Assembly: GCA_964016885.1 (NCBI GenBank)
Contig: OZ024747.1
Span: 75,020,001-75,084,000 of the forward strand
DNA length: 64,000 bases
Source of the DNA: Eledone cirrhosa
Lineage: Eukaryota
Direction: 5' to 3'
Shown: in pieces, positions 1 to 11,880 of the stretch
Position numbering within the stretch: the stretch's first letter is position 1
How the letters are laid out: every line of letters begins with the position of its first letter
Program-made: the position numbers and the translations under genes
The notes under the pieces: model-generated
Databases searched by the model: none
What the model saw: only the letters and a program-made list of their open reading frames with translations
What the model was told of the DNA's origin: nothing

Positions 1-280
1 GTGAGTTTGAATCCCAGACTGGGTAGTGCATTGTGTTCTTGAGCAAAACACTTTATTTCACATTGGTCTAGTTTACTCACCTGTAGAAATTAGTTTTGAC
101 ATCATTGGTCCCAAGCTCTATTGGCCATTGCCTTTCCCTTGGACAACATCGGTGGTGTGGAGAGGGGAGACAGGTTTATATGGGTGGCTGCTGGCTTTCC
201 ACAGACACACACCTTGCCCAGGCTTGTGCCTCGGAGGGGAGCTTTCCAGGTGCAAAACCATGGTCATTAGTGACTGAATG
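1..280 (+). mobile_element. 5'-clipped tRNA-derived SINE with the same head/body as the 7520 element but a different tail
   Basis: Begins in a B-box-like GTGAGTTTGAATCCC, followed by TGTGTTCTTGAGCAAAACACTTTATTTCACATTG..CAGTTTACTCA, matching about 7565-7650. Downstream sequence differs; 3' end approximate. Confidence 0.6.
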
Positions 281-2338
281 GTGTCAACAATATATATTTA
301 AAATAAATGACTGATAAGTTTCAGAAACCCGATACGATGCAGTAGAAGTATATAAAGGCAAAGGATGAGAAATAAAACAAAACAAAGGAATGTTTTACCC
401 AGAATATTTCAACATGATATTTCGGGGTTATTACCTTCTTTTTAAATGTGAAACAAAAACAGTTCAAAACGAAAACAAATACTTGATGTGTTCTTCCCAT
501 ACATATGTATATTTCATATGTGAAGCTAAATTTCTCTTCACTTACACTTCTGATACCCCTTGGGAAAGACGTGCACATCACAACATTCCGTTTTCTTCCC
601 TCTGTAAGTGTGAAGCCTTGTGTCTGTTTAAAAGGAAATCAAAATTCAAATTGCTCACGTGTGTGTATGTGGAGGAAGGATTTTACCCTTAAACAGTTTC
701 AGAAACTTTATTGGAAGTTTTTTTGGTTTTGAGAGTTCTTAGCAGTATGACATTCCTTTAAATTGAGTTAATTTTCTGTTTATCATTTTAAACTGATAAA
801 TAAGGAAATATATTGTACATGTGACTCTGCACTTATATTGTGACAATATTTCATTTGTTGAGAAATCCATGTTGAGCCTCTATTCACAAATATTACACTG
901 CTGAAACTAATGCTATCATCAGCAGATTAATCTAACAATCTTTGATTATCTATCACCATAGAAACCTTACATACTCTAAAATTGTGTGCGTACAACTTTT
1001 CTATTTGAGGCACAACAATTCTACTACTTTGTTCAAATATTCTCCATACTGTAGTGGTTCCAAACTATTCCACTACTACTAAGGACCTCTTTTATTTAAA
1101 TGAGTTTAGTCCCCTGCTCCTTCCCATGATTATACACCCACCTCCAAGATTGTTATACAGAGAATAACAGTTGCACAAGAGAAATATTTATGATTAAAGA
1201 AGATTGGATATCCAAAAACATAAGCATATGTTTTTGACAAAATATTAAGTTGGACAGAAAGTTCTTGCCATTTTTCAAATTTTTTTTTATTGACTTGAGC
1301 ATTTCTTTACATTAGCAATATTTTACAAGTCAAAATAATTGCTACATTTGTGATAACTGTCTTCCATTGTTTAGGAAGGCACATGGTTCCATTACCTTTG
1401 TGAACCCCAGGATGGGAATTGCTGATATAGATCTGTCCACACATCTTAGCTATTATTGCATTCAATCCAGGATACCTGACAGCAGTATTATTAATTATTA
1501 ATGCTGTCACATGACCAAAGATGAAGTCTTTGGAATCACTCATGTGAGATTTCTCATTTCCTCTCGTTGCAATCAGGAATTGTAAGAGTGGGAGTAGAAC
1601 ACCCCCCTCCCCTACCTTCCCTCCCTGTCCATAACCCCAATTATTAATATGAACAAATTCTAGTTAAACATTTATTGAAGGAAATTTAACTAACTGACTT
1701 GAATGCTTCTGGCAATCATCAAATTCTCAGTGATCCCTTATTTCCATTCACTGCACAATTAACACAACATGTTGCTACATTCATCCCTCTCCACATTTTT
1801 TTTGTATCATCCATGACTTTATTGTGGAACCTTCCTTCCTCATCTCCTTACTCCAAAGAGAAAGCCTGGGATTCTTTATTATTTATTATATACTGAAAAA
1901 ACAAATGGGGGAAATAAAAGAATGGTCCCCGTTATAGCATGCGTCATCTTCTTACTCCAAAGAGAAAGCCTATTTATTATATGCAGAAAAAAGGGGTGGT
2001 GCGGTGGGGGATAATAAAAGAAAGACCCTGTTATAGCAGAAAGCCAGTCATTAAATCAATGAGATCAAACTAACAAATCATATATTACATCACGTTTCTA
2101 ATACTTTGTCATATGTATTACACATTCAGGTTCTAACTTCACCCACCTCCGGTATATCAACTTTATAACACGTAAGTATGCATGGTCAGCATTAGAGAAG
2201 CAACTGCAATAAAATATATATCAAGCTATAGAGATAATGATAATAATATATTTACCATCTACTCAATTTATTTACATAAGCTAATGATTTTTATCTAATA
2301 TATCAATACGATCCAATTTTCATTATATTTATATATAA

Positions 2339-2450
2339 TTACAGAAATGACTTCTACAGAACTAGAACTGTTTCATTCATAATAAATTATTATTCCTGAT
2401 GATTTCTTATGAATGGAGCAGTTCTAGTTCTGTAGAAGTTATTTCTATAA
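2339..2450 (+). repeat. Imperfect inverted repeat / long hairpin
   Basis: AGAAATGACTTCTACAGAACTAGAACTGTTTCATTCATAA pairs with TTATGAATGGAGCAGTTCTAGTTCTGTAGAAGTTATTTCT. The three differences in this 40-bp core are G.U pairs on the + strand. Confidence 0.85.
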
Positions 2451-2725
2451 TAAAACATAAATATATAAAAGCATGTATCCATATGTAAAGCATGAAAAAT
2501 ACAATTAACTCAGGTTAATTAAAGCATTAATTATTTATTAGTGAAATAAATTGTTAATTGTTTTTTATGGAGAGTGAGATTTAGTGATTTCCAACTGATT
2601 TATACAATATAATATAATTTCATTGAAGATAATGTAAAATAGATTTGGTTCGAAATAGTTCTAAAGATTTGTTATCTCACTCTCTTCAGTTTGGTTTAGA
2701 TTGTTACACTACATGCACATTAATT

Positions 2726-3350
2726 ATATATATATATTATATATATATATATATATTATATATATATATTTTATATATATTATATATATATATTTTATAT
2801 ATATTATATATATATATTTTATATATATTATATATATATATATTATATATATTATATATATATATATTATATATTATATATATATTATATATATATATAT
2901 ATTATATTTTATATATATTATATATATTATATATATATTATATTTTATATATATTATATATATTATATATATATTATATTTTATATATATTATATATATT
3001 ATATATATATATATATTATATTATATATATATTATATATATATATATATATTATATTTTATATATATTATATATATATATTATATATATTATATTTTATA
3101 TATATTATATATATATTATATATATTATATATATTATATATTATATATATATATTATATATATATTATATATATATATTATATATTATATATATATTATA
3201 TATTATATATATATATTATATATTATATATATATTATATATATATATTATATATATATATATATATTATATATATATATTATATATATATATATATATTA
3301 TATATATATATATATATATTATATATTATATATATATTATATATATATAT

Positions 3351-3381
<31 letters not shown>

Positions 3382-3402
3382 ATATATATATTATATATTA
3401 TA

Positions 3403-3442
<40 letters not shown>

Positions 3443-3453
3443 TATATATATAT
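2726..3453. repeat. Interrupted (TA)n microsatellite
   Basis: Almost pure A/T alternation with TT/TTTT interruptions. Confidence 0.97.
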
Positions 3454-4247
3454 AATGTGCAACTCTTTTAGGGAAAAGCTATGGTTGCAATTTATAATGC
3501 TGCCCATTGTAAGGAACTTGTTTAATGTACTAGATGTTTTGATATTAGACAACTAAGTTGGATATAGGTGATTGTGATAATGTTTTTTTCTTCTCAAGCT
3601 CTTCTCATCATGAAATTTACTAACCAAAATGAAATATTAACTAACATTTTTGTACCACCATTTCTCCAGCCCTTCTCAGTATGAAATTTACTAACCTGAA
3701 TGAAATATTAACTAACATTTTGATGCCGTCTTTCTTTTTTGTCCTTTTGAAATGTATTTGAGAATTTAGGTATTTTGTGGGGAAATAATTTTGTTATTGA
3801 AGTGAATTCATTTTGCAATTTTAGACACCCAACTTATTTGTCTAATATTGTATGTGTTTTATTATTATTAGTACTTTTTTTCATTTCAGTTAAATAATAA
3901 ATAGCTGGTTTTGTTGCCACAAATTCAGTGATTAAAATTTTTGTTGTATCTTAAAAAAATAGCATGAAATAACTGCATATGGAAAGATCAACATTGTCAT
4001 TAGTTTTTAGTAGTAAATTCTTTCAATGTTTTTGACAAGACTTTTATTCTGGACAATGGTAACTAAAGATCTTACTCCAATAAAATCACAGTTACTTCAT
4101 GATATCATTTGAGATTTAACAAAAATTTTAGTTGGTGTATTTGTGTGCTTCAGTTGACTTTTATTTAAGTGTTTTAATATTTTTTAATTATTTATTTTCT
4201 GGGATTCGTGAATTAGAAATATTAAGAATATCATTTGTTTCTTTCAG

Positions 4248-4541
4248 ATTCGCCAAGAATCACACTTGCTCCAAAAGACCAAAAAGTGGCTGAAGAAAAA
4301 ATAGTAAGCTTTTTCTGTAAAGCTTCTGGAAACCCTGGCCCTTCCTTTTCATGGAGAAAAGGAAATCGACGCATTAGTGCAAATAGAAACCGTTTGGTTA
4401 TAAAGGAAATGCCACATGGGTCTGTATTAAGAATTGAGCCAGTTAAAAAAAAAGATGCCGGTAGCTATGTCTGTGTTGCTGAAAATAATATTGGAAATAA
4501 AGCTAGGGCAAATGCCTCTTTGCTTGTCTATGCAAAAACAG
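4248..4541 (+). CDS. Lar: Internal exon encoding an I-set Ig domain, probably Ig1 of a LAR-family (type IIa) receptor protein tyrosine phosphatase
   Basis: Acceptor TTTGTTTCTTTCAG ends at 4247 and donor GTGAGT is at 4542-4547; 294 bp, phase 1-1. The peptide SPRITLAPKDQKV..VSFFCKASGNPGPSFSWRK..SVLRIEPV..DAGSYVCVAENNIG has the Ig C, W and DxGxYxC motifs plus the SFxCxAxGxP/WRK/LRIEPV/CVAEN pattern of LAR Ig1. The Ig call is firm; the LAR assignment is from recalled similarity and needs BLAST. Confidence 0.8.
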
Positions 4542-6183
4542 GTGAGTGACAGATTTTTGATCTTTTCTATTTTTTTTTTTCAAATAAATTTACACATTTT
4601 TCTCATTGAAAAGATTGTGATTTTCATGTTTATTTTTTGGGAATTATTTTATATATATATTTTTTTCTTTTTTCTATGCCATTCTTTATAATTTGACTCT
4701 CTGAAAGTAATTCATATTTATAAATTTATTTACTAAGCATAGAAAATAAACCTGTCTCCATTTATAAGATAAAAGAAAGAAATCTAATGAAATCAATAAT
4801 AAGTATAATTAATAGTAATAACAAAAACAACTATATATATATATATATACATAGGAGTTTCTAGTATCTGGCAATGTTTTAGAATCCTGGAAACAGGCAA
4901 CATTTTTTTTAGATATCTTAGGTTTATAGTTTTAAAGGCAATGAATACTATATGGTGTCTGCATGAGTTATTATTTCTCACAGTCATTGTGCAGCTCCTT
5001 GTATGCTTATTACTATAGTCTACTAGTTAACAATGCCTTGTGAGAAAACGTGCATAAACCAGTTTTTGAAGAATTATACCGTAGCCCTTACATGTCGTAA
5101 CAAAAGTATATCTAGTTATCTGGTTTCTACAGCCTCACGGCAATGGGCCACATATGTATATATATATATATATATATGAGAATAATTCAAAGTGACTATA
5201 TTCACTTGTCTTTTATGAAGGTAGGTTAAAGTTACTAAATTTATTTCCCCGGTTGATATTGTAACTCTCTTAATCGAAAATGCTTGCCGGCATAAATAAT
5301 TTTAACTGAGTAAAGCCTTTGGTTATTTCCTCTGAAATGTGTATATATATATAGCTGGTTCACCATATCCCTGTATGTTGCGTTGGTATTGGGATAAGCC
5401 TCTGACCTTAAGATATTGTTCCAAAAGATCTCGTCCAATACTTACCAGCATGGAAAAGTGAATGCAAAAATGATAACTCACCACTGATATATATATTTGA
5501 GTGTATATATACATACACACATAGGTGTATATATATTTGTATATTTCTCTATATATATATATGTATGTACGTACATGTATGCATTTACAATAATATATAT
5601 ACTTGAATATTTTAAGTGGAACACCTCCACCTCAAAAAACCTAGAAAAGTTTACTTTTAATATTTTGACAATTCAATAATGTTTATGATAGCAATTATGT
5701 GAGCTAAAGTACATTTCCTCTAAAAACTACATACTTTATTGTCAGTTTATTAATTACATAATATAATAAATCACGAAATGTATTAGCTATATGTGTGAAA
5801 AAATTATGTCATTTAAATTAAGTTTTCTATCATTTTTGAGAGTCAAATATCAAAAAAAGAAAAGAAAAATGAAATTAAAAAATGCACTAAATAAAATAGT
5901 GCTTTTTTTTTGTTGTAATTATATTTTACTATTTTCAGGAATATTAAATGGATTTTTTTTTTACAGAATAACTTTTTTATTTTGTCATTTTGGTTTATTT
6001 ATGAATTTTTGTTTAAATTGTTGAAAAATAAGAAAGAAAAGAATTAGTTTTGTCTTATGTCAAAACCAATGATGTTCTCAGGAGTGGGAATGGTTTTATT
6101 TCCTTTTATTTTGTTAACTATTCTTGATGCACTGCCATTTTCTCAACTGTTCACTAAGTGAAACATTGGTAATTATATGTATA

Positions 6184-6226
<43 letters not shown>

Positions 6227-6236
6227 ATATGTATAT

Positions 6237-6271
<35 letters not shown>

Positions 6272-6769
6272 CGTAAAATGATGATGATGATGTGTATATA
6301 TATGTATATATATATATATACATATATATATATGTATATATATGTATGGATATATATGTATATGTACGTATATATGTATATATATATATATGCATTTATT
6401 CTTTGTTATTACCATAATATGGATTTTGTATTTTAGTACAATTTTCAGACATTTTTTTTCCTTCTGATATTTGGAAATCAACTAATTGAAATAACTGCTG
6501 AAATTTATTGAATAACAAAGATTAGACAATAGAGAATGTATTTCTAATTTCTTATTAAATTGCTTTCTGTGTTACCAACACCAGAAACAAGCAAAATATT
6601 TGTTAATTCTATCAATTTCTCTCACTCTTTTTTTCTTTTTCAGAATCTAGATTTATAGGAATTAACTTTTATTGAGTAAAGAATATAGAATTTGTCATTC
6701 ATAAACATTTATTTATGTTTTATCGTAGAGCCTCTTGTTATTAGATGGCTCCAGGTTTGCCCTGATTAA

Positions 6770-6989
6770 CCCTTTAGCATTCACATTATTCTATAAATAC
6801 TATTATATTTTCATGGTAAAGGCTTTACTTCACATAATTATCTCGCATAATATCGAATCTATGAGGTTTTGAAAGTATTTATTTTGAGAACAATACCTTA
6901 ACATCAGTTTAAGTGACCAGTTACAGCCAGTTTCAACAGAAAAAGGTAGAGAATTCTGGCCGGTTTTGGCTGGTTTGAACATTAAAGAG
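6770..6989. mobile_element. piggyBac-like MITE (TTAA-flanked)
   Basis: TTAA|CCCTTTAG...TTAAAGAG|TTAA. Copies at 16705-16922 and, inverted, 37397-37606. It interrupts another dispersed repeat (CCCTGA|TTAA|GCAAACATATGATCAAAGGC). Confidence 0.75.
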
Positions 6990-7266
6990 TTAAGCAAACA
7001 TATGATCAAAGGCATTCCAGCTGTGACCATCCAGTCTTCTTTTTTCAGACTATCTGGGACAACATTATCCATTATAATGGCTTATTATTGTGATGTAAGG
7101 TCTTGTTGTTTAACCCCAGGTTAACCTTCATTGAGCAGACCATAGATGATCCAGTTGTAACCATTCTTTTCCATTTTCAAACAGTCTGTGCGTGTGTGTG
7201 TATATATACATGTGTGTGTGTGTATGTATATATATATATGTGTGTGTGTGTGTGTATATGTATATA

Positions 7267-7311
<45 letters not shown>

Positions 7312-7519
7312 ATATACATGTGTGTGTGTGTCTGTATTATATATATATTTACATATAATGAGGAGGAATGAATTATCAATATAACATCATTATGTTTATT
7401 CACATTTGACTTGTTTTGTGATTGATCAGCTCAAGGTACATTCAGTATTGTGTCCAACACTGGAATCAATAGCTCATCAGACTTGTGGATTATCTAATGA
7501 ATATATATATATATATATA

Positions 7520-7837
7520 GGCACATGGCTTAGTGGTTAGAGCATTGGCCTTGCAATCGAAAGGTTGTGAGTTCAATTCTCAGACCGGGTGATGTGTTGT
7601 TTCCTTGAGCAAGACACTTTATTTCACATTGCTCCAGTTTACTCAGCTGTAGAAATGAGATGCATTCCACTACAAAGTGGTCGTGGAGGTGCCACGGCAA
7701 AAAAGCACCCAGCACTCACTGTAAATGAGGTTGGTGTTAGGAAGGGCATCCAGCTGTAGAAATCAACCCAGCATCAGTTCCCGTCCCACCCTTGCAAGCA
7801 GGGAAAAAGCGGACGTAAAATGAAATGATGATGATGA

Positions 7838-7841
<4 letters not shown>
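7520..7841 (+). mobile_element. Full-length tRNA-derived SINE with an RTE-family-A 3' tail
   Basis: A box TGGCTTAGTGG, B-box-like GAGTTCAATTCT and body CCTTGAGCAAGACACTTT. About 7675-7780 matches the family A LINE 3' UTR; then a terminal hairpin and (GAT)n tail. Flanked by (TA)n on both sides. Confidence 0.88.
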
Positions 7842-7875
<34 letters not shown>

Positions 7876-8129
7876 AATGAGTTATTTGGTTTGTTGATTA
7901 TTCAACAAAGTTAATTTTACAACAGATTAGAAGCACTCAACAAATTTTATCTGGAGTATCATTAATATTAATAATATTAATAAATGGAAAATATCTTTAT
8001 AAAACCATATTAATTTTATTATACATATTTCAAGTACGTTTTGTCGCATAAAATATAATAATTGGTGTTAAGATAGTGACATATCTTCATGTGAACTTAA
8101 TGGTATAAGTCCAATGAAGAAATATATAT

Positions 8130-8274
8130 ATATCACAGAAAAAAAAGAGAATCAGTGTTGCGACAAATGGAATTTATTGGACATATTACAATTGTTTCTC
8201 TCCAGAGAAACGATTGTAATATGTCCAATAAATTTCATTCGTCGCAACACTGATTCTCTTTTCTTCTGTGATAT
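8130..8274. repeat. Near-perfect palindrome (about 70-bp arms, 2-nt spacer), possible Penelope-like remnant
   Basis: 8130-8201 is the reverse complement of 8204-8274 with few mismatches. The right arm reads GAAACGATTGTA..AATAAA. Confidence 0.8.
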
Positions 8275-8366
8275 CATACTCTGCTCTATGAGAGCATCGA
8301 GTGCTCAAATGGCCTACCGCATATGGATGCTTTAAGCATCCAACACCAATTATAATATATATATAT

Positions 8367-9278
8367 ACAGCAACCAGCAAACAGCCACAGGAAACAAGTA
8401 CCACCAATCTCTGGGAGGGCTCTGTAGAAACAGTAGACAGCTTCTGCTACCTAGGTGACCGAATTAGCAGCGGAGTTGGGTGTTCAGAAAGTACAATAAC
8501 TAGGGTAAGAACGGGATGGAAGAAGTTTAGGGAACTACTACCACTGCTCGCTGCAAAAGGCTTCTCCCTCAGAATGAAAGGCAGACTGTATGATGCGTGT
8601 ATCCGAACAGCAATGTTGCATGGTAGTGAGACCTGGGCGCTGAAGGTGGAAGACTTACGTAGATTAGAGAGAAACGAAGCCTGCATGCTCCGATGGATGT
8701 ATAACAGTAATATACGTGAACGACAAAGCATAAATGAATTGAGAGAGAGACTGAGCATAAGAGGAATCAAATGCTGTGTGCAGGAGAGGCGGTTGCGCTG
8801 GTATGGACATGTGATGCGTATGAAGGATGATAGCTGCATAAAAAGGTGCAGAGCACTAGAAGTCGATGGAAACCGCGGAGTGGGGAGACCCAAGATGACC
8901 TGGGATGAGGTGATAAAAGCCGACCTCTGGCGTCGCGCAGTAATACAGAGTACCCGACCTCCCATGGGTACAAGCTGAAGCATATAGACAATATGCCCCC
9001 ACACCCTCCCACCGCAAGGTGGTCGTGGAGGTGCCACGGCAAAAAAAGCACCCAGCCCACACTGTAAAGTGGACGTGTAGGCGCCACGAAAAAGCACCCA
9101 GCACTCACTGTAAATGAGGTTGGTGTTAGGAAGGGCATCCAGCTGTAGAAATCAAGCCAAATCAGTTCCTGTATGAGCAAGGCATGGTCAGCCGACCAGA
9201 CACTGCCCACAACGGACAACCTGTCTAACCCATGCTAGCGTGGAAGAACGGACGTAAAACGGTGGTGATGATGATGAT
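8367..9278 (+). mobile_element. 5'-truncated RTE-type LINE, family A
   Basis: C-terminal ORF part (FCYLG..MLHGSETW..RRLRWYGHVMR..GRPKMTW), 3' UTR and (GAT)n tail. Near-identical to about 59745-60711 apart from an in-frame deletion near 8925. (TA)n on both flanks. Confidence 0.93.
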
Positions 9279-9465
9279 ATATATATATATGAAAAATGTA
9301 TAATTTCCACAACAATAACTAAACACTTAACACATGTACAGAGTTCTTCTCATGATGTTCTCGTGTTTCTAAGTACCTTTTAAAGAACTGGCCTCCTTAG
9401 TATTAATTTATGTGTTTCCCCAAACCTGGTATGGCACTGTTGTAGTAATTGGCCTTAGTAACTAC

Positions 9466-9555
9466 ATATATTGGGTTGTAACATAAATTCCCGCTGTTCT
9501 TTTTATTAAGAAGTTTTATAACAACGACAGGAATTTATGTTACGACCCAATATAT
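9466..9555. mobile_element. Small palindromic MITE, Tc1/mariner-like
   Basis: 26-bp inverted repeats ATATATTGGGTTGTAACATAAATTCC / GGAATTTATGTTACGACCCAATATAT with TA-rich ends. Superfamily is inferred. Confidence 0.6.
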
Positions 9556-10097
9556 TAAGACTACTGTATCTACTGTTTTTAAAGAGACACAGGGTGTTAT
9601 CTGAAGGAAATTTGGCAGCTATTTTTCATATGTTGAGCAACCATATGGATGTTTTCTCTCGTTACCTCCTTACTGTAGATGTTGATATTAAGATATTAAT
9701 AGTTTGATGGTGTTTGTCTTGTCATTAATATCAAATTTCAAATGAATTGACCATAATTCTTTATAATATTTCTTCAGTGAAGTGAGGTTAAATATATTTC
9801 TAACATATGACCTTTTACCACTTCACTTAACTATGTGAAGTGATCATTTCATTTTTACTTAAAACCTGCAGCTAGAAATCCTCTAAACGGTACTTCTGAC
9901 ATCTTTAAGTGGAATATAATTCAATCGGTGTAATTTCTACAGTGGAAAAATAAAAATGATCTAATCAATGTTATTGACAAATTTCTGTCTCCTTCAGTGT
10001 TAAATCATTTTAAAAGATATTTAGAGAATGTTAAGTAATTCTTGAAAAAAATTAAGATATATATTTTTTATTACTATTTATTATTATTATTATATAT

Positions 10098-10885
10098 TCC
10101 ATGCTTTGCAGCATAGAGTTACGGCCCTTTATAGTCTGAGTTCAAATCCCGCCAAGGTTAACTTTGCCTTTCATCCTTACTGGTAAAATAAAGTACCAGT
10201 CATGCACTGGGGTCGATTTAATCGACTTTCCCCTCCCCCAAAATTGCTGGTCTTGTGCCTATATAAGAAATCATTATTATTATTATTATTGGCAGTAGAT
10301 TGACCGCTTTGGTGTTGAACAACATGCTTTGTGTTCTGATTTCAAATCCTGATGAGGTTAGCTTTAACTTTCATCCTCACGGGAGCAATAAAAAAAAAAG
10401 TACCAGTAACTCACTGGGGTCAATTTAACATTCCCATCTGACATTCCCCTCTGCCAAAAATTTTGACCTCGTGCCTGATACAGAAACCATTATTATTATG
10501 TGGATTGGCAGTATCGGTAGAGGGTCGGACGCCGTGCTTTGATGCATAGAGTTACGGCCCTTGCCATTCTGAGTTCAAATCCCATCGAGGTTAACTTTGC
10601 CTTTCATCCTTACGGGGTCAATAAAATAAAGTACCAGTAATGTACTGGGTAATTGCTGGCCTTGTGCCGAAAGTAGAAACCATTATTATTATTGGCAGTA
10701 TCAGTAGAACATCGGACAACCGGCTTCGCGACATAGGGTTACAGCTCTTTATGTTCTGATTTCAAATCCTGCTGAGGTTAGCTTTGCCTTTCATCCTTAC
10801 AGTATCGATAAAATAAAAAAAGTACTAGTGACACACTGGGCTCAATTTAATTGATCTTCCTCTCCTCCAAAATCATTGACCTTCT
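10098..10885 (+). mobile_element. Four head-to-tail copies of a second SINE family
   Basis: Repeated unit of about 190 bp: B-box-like GAGTTCAAATCCC, core GGTTAACTTTGCCTTTCATCCTTACGGGGTC..AAAATAAAGTACCAGT, end AGAAACC(ATT)n. Confidence 0.85.
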
Positions 10886-10968
10886 GCCTTAGAAACCATT
10901 ATTTTTTTATTTTTGTTTATTGCTTAAATTTCAAAAGTTAAAATTTAATGTCTGTCCTGAACCTAGAG

Positions 10969-11258
10969 CTGCATCTTTCAACTGGTGTACCCAGCACCCT
11001 AGGGGTTCCATGAGAAATTTCAACTGGTGTTCCCAGCACCCTAGGGGTTCCATGAGAAATTTCAACTGGTGTTCCCAGCACCCTAGGGGTTCCATGAGAA
11101 ACAATGATAAATAAACTAATGCATTTAGATATTAATAAATATTTTTAATTAATATATTATTAATTAATGATATGAAATAATTTTTTATACAGGGGTTCCT
11201 TGAGACACAAAAACTATTTCAAGGGTTCCACAAGGGCAAAAAGGTTTAAGAAATGCTG
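10969..11258. mobile_element. hAT-like MITE with an internal 3x42-bp tandem repeat
   Basis: Imperfect TIRs CTGCATCTTTCAA / TTAAGAAATGCTG, imperfect 8-bp flanks ACCTAGAG / GCTTAGAG, and unit TTTCAACTGGTGTTCCCAGCACCCTAGGGGTTCCATGAGAAA x3 at about 10977-11100. Confidence 0.6.
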
Positions 11259-11820
11259 GCTTAGAGACTCATCAAACCAGAGTTTAAGTCAGTTTCTTGT
11301 GGCATTAAATGACTATGAGTGCCAAACTTCTTCACTGGATAGGATGCCAGTCTGTTGCAAAGTTAACTTCGAGCTGTTGGTATTCATTTTCTTTTTTCAG
11401 CTGAGTGAAGACCAAAGCAACACAGTGGACACAACATGCCACCCTGCTTGGAAATTGAATTAATGACTTTCTAATCATGAGTCCACCCTTACCACTAGGC
11501 CAGCCACTCACCTTCATTTCAATTTTATGTATATATAATTTTCCCCTAAACCTCATGCAGATATTTTATTGAGAATAGTTTCCTGTTGGTGGGAGGAAAA
11601 TGGTCATAAAACTTTCACAATAAAACAGGAAATTAGAATTATTGCTTGATTAAAAGGATTATTATTATTTTTTTTTTTTTGCCTGAGGAAATTGTACGTA
11701 CAGTATCTACTCGAGTACAAGCTGCCCTCCTATTTTATCTCTGAGAAATGGACAAAAGTTCAAACTCCATTATATAAACTGACGCAGCTCATCAACCCAT
11801 TATGTTGTATATATCATGAG

Positions 11821-11878
<58 letters not shown>

Positions 11879-11880
<2 letters not shown>

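Noticed and set aside
1-6. GTGAGT at the window start as a splice donor
   Set aside because: It is part of the SINE B-box region (GGTTGTGAGTTCAA in the 7520 copy), and the upstream context is not visible.
9024-9072. Resemblance of CGTGG-loop-CCACG-AAA to the pistol ribozyme P1/pseudoknot
   Set aside because: It lacks the P2/P3 arrangement and catalytic-core residues; a simple H-type pseudoknot explains it better.
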